Origin: a virus | Direction: 5' to 3' (one strand) | Virus record (IMG/VR): IMGVR_UViG_3300003937_000247 | DNA: 64,000 nucleotides | Shown: positions 19,254 to 29,000 of the stretch, one piece after another | Layout: every line of letters begins with the position of its first letter | How positions within the stretch are numbered: position 1 is the stretch's first letter | Translations under genes and position numbers: made by a program | Notes under the pieces: model-generated | Told to the model about the DNA's origin: nothing | Databases searched by the model: none | The model's input: only the letters and a program-made list of their open reading frames with translations

Positions 19254-20039
19254 ATGAAAAAAATAATGATGATACTATTGAGTATGTTTATAACAACCTC
19301 TTTGTACGCTCAAGTAACAATAGTGAACCCAGGTTCAAGCGAAGGTGCGTTTAGACAAGTACTCACAACAATAGGTTCAACATTTGACCACGACTTTGTT
19401 CAGGCTCATAATCCAGTTACTGCTTATTCTTACATAGATGGAGCAGTTGACGGTACTGAACCAATGTTAACTGTTTGGTCTAGTGAATGGCCAGGTGATG
19501 ATAGTTTACAAAGTCCAAAAATATCTAAAGATAATATAATTGCTTTGATGACATATGAAACGCTTATATGTAGCAGACAATTCAATTCATTAGAAGATAT
19601 GGGTGGTAAAACTGTTAAGATTGCAACGTGGGGAAGTGAACCTGTTGCAAAATTTTTAAATAATTTAGGTGCAAAGTATGATGTTAATTTTGTAGTTGTG
19701 CCTTATGGTGGAAGCGGAAGTACAACAAAAGGTTATATTGGCAAAGACGCTAATACAGTCTTTACAATTACTTCACGCCAATCCGCATTGGAAGAAGATA
19801 CGTCAACAAAATGTATTGCCTTTTCTGAACACGGTGATTTCGGTTTTAGATTTTTAGACGCTATTATTACTGTCAATGCTAATGACGCCTTGGTTAATGA
19901 ATTACGTTCTACTGTAACAAACCTCTCTAATACTGACGAGTGGAAAAGTAAATTCAAAGGCTCTGTAATTTACATAGGTAACGGCACAGATAAAACAATT
20001 AATATGTTTGAAGAAGCTGTTTTAAACTTTAGTAAGTAA
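19254..20039 (+). CDS. tctC: TctC/Bug-like periplasmic substrate-binding protein
   Basis: Signal peptide, IVNPGSSEG, VVPYGGSG, adjacent to tctA. Confidence 0.7.
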   Translation: MKKIMMILLSMFITTSLYAQVTIVNPGSSEGAFRQVLTTIGSTFDHDFVQAHNPVTAYSYIDGAVDGTEPMLTVWSSEWPGDDSLQSPKISKDNIIALMTYETLICSRQFNSLEDMGGKTVKIATWGSEPVAKFLNNLGAKYDVNFVVVPYGGSGSTTKGYIGKDANTVFTITSRQSALEEDTSTKCIAFSEHGDFGFRFLDAIITVNANDALVNELRSTVTNLSNTDEWKSKFKGSVIYIGNGTDKTINMFEEAVLNFSK

Positions 20040-21357
20040 TACAATTATGTAAGAGCTGATTGGCATCCTTATAGTTGTCAAACAGCTCTTGCTGATCCCT
20101 GCCAGTTATGTTTAGATTTACATTAAATTTTCTGTTTTGTAGATTTTGAAATTCAGGTATTTCCATATCAACTTCTAATTTTCTATTCAGATAGTTCCAA
20201 TATTTTTCAATAACTTCTAAATTTTTTATATCTTTTATTACACCAGGTTTTAATTGAGTACAACCCCACAATAGGTGATTAGTTATTTCTGGTTCTTTAT
20301 TATTACCTATGTTAGCAAATATATTATTGCCAGGTAGTTTATCTAAAATATTAATAAACTGTCCTATTCTAGGATTAAAATCTATTGCAATTAACTTATA
20401 GCCTGATATATGAAAGTCAGGACCTGCAAAATTCATCTCTTGTATATTTAATTTATCAACAATAGTTTGTAAAAACTTTAATATCTCTCTATGTTTTGTT
20501 GGCATAATTTCAACAACAGGAACAGACCAACAACACATATCTCTAGCAATATCACTTTTTGTACTGTTAGAATGTTGTTGAATAGGATTGTAATTAAAAT
20601 CTAAAATATCACCATACTTTACTTTAGATTGTCTGGTATAAAATAGTATATCTACTTTACCGTTCTTTACATAACCCATTGGAGATATTGAAGGCTCTTC
20701 ACTCCAATAATACCCTTGTGCCATTATTCTACAAGGTGTGTTATTAAAGTTTTCGTTTTGAATACCTTTTTTGTTTATATCAAAGAAGTCATTATGATAA
20801 TCTATCTTACTTAAATGATCCAAAAAGTGGTGTTTATTATTCCATCTTCTATACTCTATTATAGGTGTATTTTGATCTGATTTAGGATAGAAAGAATTAC
20901 TACCTGTGCCGATATCAGGTTTTGTAAAAAATTCTTTATTGTTGAATATGTTTAGTTGACTATGAAATGTTGGTGTAACACTTTCAGGTACGTTATGTCC
21001 TAAACCAATTGTTCTGCAATAGTCATCTAGTTTTTGTTTGTTACTAAAGATTTCAGCTGCAAATGGAGTTATGTTATTAATACCATAATAGCTTTCTAGT
21101 TGACTTTGTATAGGAAAAAGATTTTCGCTTACAGTTATTACTTTACTGCAAGATGGAACTTTTTGTGTTATTTCTAAAATATCAAATTTTTTTGATACGA
21201 TAAGTTTGTCTATGTGTTTTATGAAAGGTTTATAGCGGTCACCTGCCTTATTAGGTACCACATCACAAACCAATGTGATGTGGTTATTTAAATTCGCTGT
21301 GATATGTCCTTCAGACTTGTTAAGGCTTCTTTTGTGTGATAATATAATTACATTCAT
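20029..21357 (-). CDS. ATP-grasp domain ligase
   Basis: FSNKQKL, FTKPDIGTGS, IMAQGY, IDFNPRIG. Confidence 0.75.
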   Translation of the reverse strand: MNVIILSHKRSLNKSEGHITANLNNHITLVCDVVPNKAGDRYKPFIKHIDKLIVSKKFDILEITQKVPSCSKVITVSENLFPIQSQLESYYGINNITPFAAEIFSNKQKLDDYCRTIGLGHNVPESVTPTFHSQLNIFNNKEFFTKPDIGTGSNSFYPKSDQNTPIIEYRRWNNKHHFLDHLSKIDYHNDFFDINKKGIQNENFNNTPCRIMAQGYYWSEEPSISPMGYVKNGKVDILFYTRQSKVKYGDILDFNYNPIQQHSNSTKSDIARDMCCWSVPVVEIMPTKHREILKFLQTIVDKLNIQEMNFAGPDFHISGYKLIAIDFNPRIGQFINILDKLPGNNIFANIGNNKEPEITNHLLWGCTQLKPGVIKDIKNLEVIEKYWNYLNRKLEVDMEIPEFQNLQNRKFNVNLNITGRDQQELFDNYKDANQLLHNCITY

Positions 21358-21394
21358 TTTTCATAATATATAGATGTAAAATAACTATAAGATA

Positions 21395-21742
21395 TTATCT
21401 CTTAAAGTCACCATTGTCAAATTTATAAGCCCAATTAGGTTCTACTTTCATTGACTGCTCTTGTACACCTTCGTCTATTGATGGTAATTTTGATCTCTCT
21501 CCATCCCATTCTTTAAAGGTTTCTTCATCTGCAAACTCTCTTATGATTATAACACTTTTGTTATCAACATTTAATTCAGCTTGTTTGACTACTTTATAAT
21601 TTTCGTCATTAGCAATATGTTGTTTAATAATATCTGTATCAATTTTAGCTGAAGATGTTTTGTTAAAAAAATCTTCAACTGAACCGAAAGTTAAGCTCGA
21701 GTCAACGTTTGTTAGCTTCCATTTTTTAGTTACTACTGGCAT
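21395..21742 (-). CDS. Hypothetical protein (paralogue of 21744-22151)
   Basis: GAGGAG RBS before MPVVTKKW; shares TF..V/QDFF, DI..H..N.E, D.K.VI..R.F.D...W pattern. Confidence 0.65.
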   Translation of the reverse strand: MPVVTKKWKLTNVDSSLTFGSVEDFFNKTSSAKIDTDIIKQHIANDENYKVVKQAELNVDNKSVIIIREFADEETFKEWDGERSKLPSIDEGVQEQSMKVEPNWAYKFDNGDFKR

Positions 21743-21743
21743 T

Positions 21744-22151
21744 TTATTTGTACTCCTCTTCTTTGTGTCTTTTTTTGCTTTCCCATTGCTCATAGTCCAT
21801 AATTGGGTATGTGACACCTACATCCCACGAGTCTATGTCTATAAAACTATTGGCACCGCCTTCTTCTTCAGAAATATTAAAGTCAACGTTTGGGAGGAAC
21901 GCTCTATTTTTTTTCCATATTTCATAGCTATTAAAATCTTCAAATCTTCTTAATGTGATAACTGTTTTTTTATCTGCTAGCAAGAACGAATCTTGTGCCG
22001 CTATATTTTTCTCATTATTTTGTTTGTGCGCTTTTATGTCTTCAGGATCTGTCGCTCCTGTATATGTATTGTCAAAGAAATCTTGTGGGTCCTCAAACGT
22101 AGTTTCAGGACTAACAGTATTTAGATATCTCCATTGTGTGTCTATGCTCAT
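21744..22151 (-). CDS. Hypothetical protein (paralogue of 21395-21742)
   Basis: AAGG RBS; aligns by eye with the downstream gene. Confidence 0.65.
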   Translation of the reverse strand: MSIDTQWRYLNTVSPETTFEDPQDFFDNTYTGATDPEDIKAHKQNNEKNIAAQDSFLLADKKTVITLRRFEDFNSYEIWKKNRAFLPNVDFNISEEEGGANSFIDIDSWDVGVTYPIMDYEQWESKKRHKEEEYK

Positions 22152-22181
22152 AATTTTACCTTGTTTTTACTCTAATAGTAT

Positions 22182-22199
22182 TATTTATGCGTATAAATA
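22182..22199. promoter_or_regulatory. Divergent late promoter pair
   Basis: TATTTATG (CATAAATA on minus) + CG + TATAAATA (plus) between divergent genes. Confidence 0.65.
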
Positions 22200-22204
22200 C
22201 TACT

Positions 22205-22540
22205 ATGGCAGCTGTAGCAAATTATACAATAGAACAAGGCACAACATTCAGTTCAGCAGTAACAGTTAAAGATAATCAAGGAAACGCATTAGATTTAACT
22301 GGTTATACTGCTAGTGCAAAAATGGCCTTGGGGTATAGTTCTACGAGAACGAGGACAAGTTTTACCTCGGAATTTGATACTGACAGATCAACAGGTATTA
22401 TAACTATATCTTTGACTGCAACTCAAACTGCCGCTTTGGACGCACCAGCACGTTATGTCTTTGATTTAGATATAACAGCGGGTGATGGAACAGTAACAAG
22501 AATAATTGAGGGTCTAATAACGGTTAGACCTAACGTATAA
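22205..22540 (+). CDS. Virion structural protein (baseplate/fibre-associated, Ig-like)
   Basis: MAAVANYTIEQGTTF...DLTGYTASAKM...RYVFDL...RIIEG, typical of marine T4-like phages; late promoter. Confidence 0.7.
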   Translation: MAAVANYTIEQGTTFSSAVTVKDNQGNALDLTGYTASAKMALGYSSTRTRTSFTSEFDTDRSTGIITISLTATQTAALDAPARYVFDLDITAGDGTVTRIIEGLITVRPNV

Positions 22541-22562
22541 TAATAATAAGGAGAAATACAAT

Positions 22563-22865
22563 ATGAGTAGTGAAACAATCAACTCAACAGAAACGACAGC
22601 AGCACCAACTGCGCCAGTAGAAGCGTCTTTTACAATTGATGGAAAAGACTATAAAAGAAGTGATTTGTCACCACAATGCTTTAATAGTATTGTTGTAAGA
22701 CAGGACTTACAAGCAACTAAAGTAAAATTAACATTAGAATTAGAAAAAGTTGCAATTTTACAGGCACATTATGATACTGTCATCGCTAAAGATTTAGGTA
22801 TTGACTTAGCAAAAAAAGTCAAAGAAGACAAATCTAAAACAAACAGCGACGCTAATAAAAAATAG
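22563..22865 (+). CDS. Hypothetical coiled-coil protein
   Basis: GGAG RBS; TIDGKDYKRSDLS then heptad-like helix. Confidence 0.6.
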   Translation: MSSETINSTETTAAPTAPVEASFTIDGKDYKRSDLSPQCFNSIVVRQDLQATKVKLTLELEKVAILQAHYDTVIAKDLGIDLAKKVKEDKSKTNSDANKK

Positions 22866-22906
22866 TTGACATATTAATTATTGATTGATTTAGATTATCT
22901 TATTAT

Positions 22907-22914
22907 TATAAATA
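22907..22914 (+). promoter_or_regulatory. Late promoter TATAAATA
   Basis: Exact consensus upstream of the fibre operon. Confidence 0.75.
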
Positions 22915-22943
22915 TTGGTAACACAGTATAATAATAGGTAAAA

Positions 22944-23210
22944 ATGTCAAATAATATAACTGCGACTTACAGTACAGGCACGAATACAACTGCTACAATT
23001 AATAATACTACAACAGGACCAAGGAATGTTTCTGTAACGGCGCCGTCAGTAGCGAAATTAACAAAACTTACAGCTTTAAGTGATGTTAACTCTACAACTT
23101 TAGACGATGGTGCTATGCTACAATATGATGATTCATCAAAAAAATTTATAACAAGAACTGAAATAAAAACTGAAAGTGGAAATTTAGTACTTAACGGTGG
23201 CACATTTTAA
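22944..23210 (+). CDS. Small fibre-associated structural protein
   Basis: LTALSDV...DGAMLQYD module, C-terminal NGGTF. Confidence 0.65.
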   Translation: MSNNITATYSTGTNTTATINNTTTGPRNVSVTAPSVAKLTKLTALSDVNSTTLDDGAMLQYDDSSKKFITRTEIKTESGNLVLNGGTF

Positions 23211-23223
23211 CTAGGGAGATAAA

Positions 23224-25575
23224 ATGGCAACTATAATAAAGATTAGAAGAACCACAGGTGCTAATGCACCCAGCGGTCTTAACCAAGGGGAATTAGCATA
23301 CGTTTATGATACATCAAATGCTGACAGCGGTGCTGGCGGTAATGGTGTACGATTATTCATTGGTGACCCCACATCAACATCCAATTCTGCAATAGAAATT
23401 GGTGGTAGATATTACACACAACTTTTAGACCACGCACACGGAACGCTAACAGCGTCTTCGGGTATAGTAGTAGATTCAAATAAAGCAATTGATGAATTGT
23501 TTATTGGAAATAGTGCTACAGTCGGTGGTACAATTAAATTTAACGAAGGCACAAATAATGGTGCCCATTTCATAGCACTTAAATCTCCCAATAGTGTTGC
23601 GGCTAGCGTTACATTTACATTACCAGCAACTGATGGATCAGATGGTCACGTATTACAAACTGATGGATCAGGTGCATTATCATTTGCAGCTCCAGCGTCA
23701 AGTTCATTTACACTTGCTGCTGATAGTGGTTCAAGTGATACATTTACGACAGGTCAAACATTAACAATTGCTGGTGGTACTGGTATTGGTACAACTGTAT
23801 CAGACAACAATATTTCAGTTGCTATAGACGCAACAGTTGCTACATTAACTGGTTCTCAAACACTAACAAACAAAACATTAACAAGTCCAACAATCAATAC
23901 TGGTACTATTAGTTTAGGTGCAAACCTAACTATGGGTGCATATAGTTTAGTTTTTGAAGGTTCAACAGCGGATGATTTTGAAACAACATTAACAGTTACA
24001 GATCCAACTGCTGATAGAACAATTACTTTACCAAATGCAACAGACACATTAGTAGGTCTTGCAACAACAGATACACTAACAAACAAAACATTAACAAGTG
24101 CTGTATTAAACACAGGCGTTAGTGGTTCAGCAATCAAAGATGAAGACGATTTAACTTCCAATTCTGCTACACATTTAGCAACACAACAAAGTATTAAAGC
24201 ATATGTTGACTCACAAGTCACAGCACAAGATTTAGATTTTCAAGGTGACTCTGGTGGTGCTCTTGCAATTGATTTAGATAGTGAAACATTAACAATCGCT
24301 GGTGGTACTGGATTAGATTCAGTTGGTTCTGGAAATTCAATAACATTAAACATAGACGCAACAGTTGCTACTCTTACAGGTTCACAAACACTAACAAACA
24401 AAACAATTGATAGTGCTAGTAATACATTAACATTAGATTTAGGTGAAGGTACTTTAACTGGTACAACTGCTGAATTTAATAGTGCATTACAAGATGGTTC
24501 TTTTACTACATTAGCAGGAACTGAAACACTAACAAACAAAACTCTTACTGCACCTAAAATTGCTGACGATGGATTTATCGCTGACGCAAGTGGTAATGAG
24601 CAAATTCTTTTCCAAACAACAGCAAGTGCTGTTAATTATTTAGAAGTTACTAACTCAGCTGCAGGCAATGGCTTTAAAGTCGGAACTGCAGGCGGTGATA
24701 CAAACATTGATTTAATACTTGATCCTAAAGGTTCTGGTGTTGTTGATGTTAATTCAAGTAGAATTACAAACGTTACTGATCCAACAGGTGCCCAAGACGC
24801 AGCTACAAAAGCTTATGTTGACGCAACTGCAAACGGATTAGATGTAAAAGATTCTGCAAAACTTGCTACAACAGCTGCATTATCTGCTTGTACATACAAT
24901 AACGGTAATGGTACTTTAACTGCTGACGCCAATGGCGCTTTATCAGTTGATGGTGTTGCCGTAGCAGTAAATGATAGAATATTAGTTAAAAATCAAGCCT
25001 CAGCGGTACAAAATGGTCTTTACAAAGTAACAGCAACAGGTAGTGGAGGTGCGGCTTTCGTACTTACAAGAACTCCTGACGCTGACGCAGCTTCAGAAAT
25101 TACAGGCGGCGCTTTCGTATTCGTTGAATCAGGTACTGCAAATGCTGACAATGGTTATGTATTCACACACGATGGTACTCCAACATTAGGTTCAACTAAT
25201 ATTACAGTTTCACAATTCTCTGGTGCTGGTCAAATTAGTGCTGGTAACGCATTAACAAAAACTGGTAACACTTTAGATGTTGCTGTTGATGATAGTACGT
25301 TAGAGATATCAAGTGACGCTGTACAGATTAAAACAACCTATCCTGGTCAAACATCAATTACAACTTTAGGAACTATTGCAACTGGTACTTGGAATGGTAC
25401 AGCAATTGGTAATATATATGGTGGTACAGGACAAACAACATACACTACTGGTGATATGTTATATGCAAGTGGTTCAAACACTCTTGGTAAACTGGCATTA
25501 GGTGCAAGTGGTAAAATTTTACAATCAAACGGTAGTAATATAGCATATGGCGATATAGACGGCGGTACTTACTAA
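23224..25575 (+). CDS. Tail fibre-like protein (783 aa)
   Basis: IKIRR..G...GELAY N-terminus, TLTNKTLT repeats, DAATKAYVD, RILVKNQ...NGLY module, C-terminal DGGTY. Confidence 0.8.
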   Translation: MATIIKIRRTTGANAPSGLNQGELAYVYDTSNADSGAGGNGVRLFIGDPTSTSNSAIEIGGRYYTQLLDHAHGTLTASSGIVVDSNKAIDELFIGNSATVGGTIKFNEGTNNGAHFIALKSPNSVAASVTFTLPATDGSDGHVLQTDGSGALSFAAPASSSFTLAADSGSSDTFTTGQTLTIAGGTGIGTTVSDNNISVAIDATVATLTGSQTLTNKTLTSPTINTGTISLGANLTMGAYSLVFEGSTADDFETTLTVTDPTADRTITLPNATDTLVGLATTDTLTNKTLTSAVLNTGVSGSAIKDEDDLTSNSATHLATQQSIKAYVDSQVTAQDLDFQGDSGGALAIDLDSETLTIAGGTGLDSVGSGNSITLNIDATVATLTGSQTLTNKTIDSASNTLTLDLGEGTLTGTTAEFNSALQDGSFTTLAGTETLTNKTLTAPKIADDGFIADASGNEQILFQTTASAVNYLEVTNSAAGNGFKVGTAGGDTNIDLILDPKGSGVVDVNSSRITNVTDPTGAQDAATKAYVDATANGLDVKDSAKLATTAALSACTYNNGNGTLTADANGALSVDGVAVAVNDRILVKNQASAVQNGLYKVTATGSGGAAFVLTRTPDADAASEITGGAFVFVESGTANADNGYVFTHDGTPTLGSTNITVSQFSGAGQISAGNALTKTGNTLDVAVDDSTLEISSDAVQIKTTYPGQTSITTLGTIATGTWNGTAIGNIYGGTGQTTYTTGDMLYASGSNTLGKLALGASGKILQSNGSNIAYGDIDGGTY

Positions 25576-25612
25576 TCGTCAAATTAATTAATAAGTTAAT
25601 GGATTTATAGAG

Positions 25613-26062
25613 ATGGCGACAGTTATTAAATTAAAAACAGGAACATCAGCTCCTACAACAAGTGATATAACATCACGTGAGGTAGCAATTGATACTTCCG
25701 CACAAAAATTTTATATTAATGATAGTGGGACTATTAAAGAAATAGGTGGTGCAACTACCTCTACTTTAACTACTTTATCAGACGTATCTGTTACAGGTAT
25801 TCAAGCAACACAACATTTACATTATGATGGTTCTGAATGGGTAAATGATTACGATTTTAATATCGGTAAAAGAATTCCATTTACCAAAGCAGACACTACA
25901 GCAACAACAATCGCTCTTGTAAATAACAAAGATATGACAACAATAAATGGATTTTTAGACCATACGGTTTCTCAATCATATTATCTTCCATTTACATTAG
26001 CAGCTGGTTCAGCAGTAACAACAATAAGACCAGGGCATATGCCTACATTGGAAGGAATTTAA
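25613..26062 (+). CDS. Fibre-associated structural protein
   Basis: IKLKTG..APT...EVAID N-terminus, LTTLSDV module. Confidence 0.65.
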   Translation: MATVIKLKTGTSAPTTSDITSREVAIDTSAQKFYINDSGTIKEIGGATTSTLTTLSDVSVTGIQATQHLHYDGSEWVNDYDFNIGKRIPFTKADTTATTIALVNNKDMTTINGFLDHTVSQSYYLPFTLAAGSAVTTIRPGHMPTLEGI

Positions 26063-26067
26063 TTTAA

Positions 26068-29000
26068 ATGGCAAGTAAAACACCCATAAGAGCCACACTC
26101 TCTGGATCAACTGTAACAGGATTAGCTGAATTTCAATCAGGAGATTTTATACCTTTATCTGCTGGTGGTATTGGCGCTTCTTTATCAATTGGTTCTGCAG
26201 GACAAGTATTAAAAGTAAACACTGGTGCTAGTGCTTTAGAATTTGGTAGTGTAGAAGCCATCGTAAATATAGACGGTGCAACAGATTTAGAAAGTGCTAC
26301 ATTAGCAGTAGGCGATAAGATATTATTATCTGATGGTGGTACTGAAGGTAGAGTATTACTATCTCAACTAGATACTTTATTTTCTGGTACATCAAAAACT
26401 CTTACAAACAAAACTATCAATAGTAATGCAAATACTTTACATATTGATTTAGATGATTTAGGTACATTTACAGGTACACTTGCAGAATTTAACGCAGGAT
26501 TACAAGGAGATAGTTTTGTTTCTTTAACAGGAAGTGAAACACTTACAAATAAAACTTTAACAACACCAACTTTAACAAGTCCTGTTTTAAACACAGGCGT
26601 TAGTGGTTCGGCAGTTAAAGATGAAGATAATATGGCAAGTGACTCTGCTACTCACTTGGCAACACAACAAAGTATTAAAAAATATGTTGATGATTCAATA
26701 TTAACAAAAGATAATACAGACGAAATTACTGAAGGTTCTACAAACCTTTATTATACAAACGCAAGAGCAGACGCTAGAATTACAAATGCTCTTAAAGATG
26801 AAGACAATATGGCGTCTGATAGTGCTACTCACGTACCATCGCAACAATCAGTTAAGGCATATGTTGACGCTACTGTTACAGCAGAAGATTTAGATATTAC
26901 AACTGATAGTGGTACAATTGCAATTGATTTAGATTCAGAAACATTAACAGTTACAGGCGGTACTGGATTAGATTCAAGTGCAACTGGTAATGCTGTCACA
27001 CTTGCTATTGATAGTACGGTTACAACATTAACAGGTTCACAAACATTAACAAACAAAACTTTAACAAGTGCTGTATTAAATACAGGAGTTTCAGGAAGTG
27101 CTATATTAGATGAAGATAATATGGCGACTAATTCTGCTACTCAATTAGCAACACAACAAAGTATTAAAGCATATGTTGACGCATTATCACAAGCGTTTAC
27201 TATTGCTGCTGATAGTGGTTCAAACGATACAGTAACCGTTGGTACAGATACTTTAACATTCGCTGGTGGTACAGGTATTGATACAACTGTTTCTAACAAT
27301 CAGATTTCAAGTGCTATAGACGCAACAGTTGCTACATTAGCAGGTTCACAAACATTAACGAATAAAACTTTAACAACTCCTGTAATCGCTGAAATAGACG
27401 CAACTGGCAACTTTGATATTGACGCTGTTGCTAATGTTAATATAGACTCTGGTAGTAATATTATATCATTTAGTACAGGTGGTACAGGATTCTTACAACT
27501 TCAGAACGATTCAGGAAGTACATGGATTAGAAATACTGGACAAGACAATGATATAAAATTTGTAGGTAATGATGGTGGAGGAACCATTACAGCTTTAACT
27601 ATAGATATGTCAGACGGTGGTCACGCAATATTTAATAATGACATTACCGTACCACTTAATATCTATACTGACGGAAATCTTAATGTAAGAGTAGATAATA
27701 AGAAAATAAGAATTGGTGCAGGTGAAGATTTACAACTTTACCACGATGGAACAAATTCATATATTACAAATGACCAAGGTGCTTTAAAAATTGCAACAGA
27801 AACTTCTGGTATTGCAATTACATTAGGACATGGAACTTCAGAAGTTACAGTTGCTGATAATTTAACAGTTGGTGGCAATACTACCATTACAGGAAATTTA
27901 AATGTAAATGGTACAACTACAACACTTGCTACAACTAACTCAATAATAGCAGATACACTTATAGAATTAGGTAATGGAGTATCAGGTACTCCTGGTAATG
28001 ATTCTGGTATCGTAATTGAGAGAGGTGATTTAAATAACGCATTTATAGGATTTGATGAGAGTGCTGACAAATTTATCGTTGGTACTGGAACATTTACTGG
28101 TGCAAGTACAGGAAATTTAACAATTACAACTGGCACATTGGTTGCAAACGTTGAAGGTAATGTAACTGGTAACGTAACAGGAAATGCTGACACAGCAACT
28201 GCATTAGCAAATGCTAGAACAATTGGTGGAGTATCATTTGATGGTAGTGCCAATATTAGTTTACCTGGTGTTAATAGTGCAGGTAATCAGAATACAACAG
28301 GATCAGCTGCAACTCTAACAACTGCTAGAACAATTGGTGGAGTATCATTTGATGGTAGTGCAGCTATTAATTTACCTGGTGTTAATGCCTCAGGTTCACA
28401 AGACACATCTGGTAACGCTGCTACGGCAACTAAACTAGCAACTGCTAGAGCAATTGCTGGTCAAAATTTTGATGGTACTGCAGCTATAACAATTGCGTCA
28501 ACTGATTTATCTAATACAGCTGCAATCACATTATTAACTGCAAGTCAAACTTTAACTAATAAAACATTAACAAGTCCTGTTTTAAATACAGGTGTTTCTG
28601 GTAGTGCTATATTAGATGAAGACGCTATGGGTTCAAATAGTGCAACCCAATTAGCAACACAACAATCCATTAAAGCATATGTTGACGCTAAAGTTACAGC
28701 TGAAGATTTAGACATAACTACAGATTCTGGAACAATCGCAATAGATTTAGATAGTGAAACTTTAACAGTTACAGGCGGTACTGGATTAGATTCAAGTGCT
28801 ACAGGCAATGCTGTTACACTTGCTATTGATAGTACAGTTGCAACTTTAACAGGTTCTCAAACCCTTACGAATAAAACTTTAACTGCTCCAGTTATTGCTA
28901 CAATTTCAAATACTGGAACATTAACTTTACCTACTTCTACAGATACACTAGTTGGTAGAGCTACAACAGATACTTTAACAAATAAAACTTTAACAGCACC

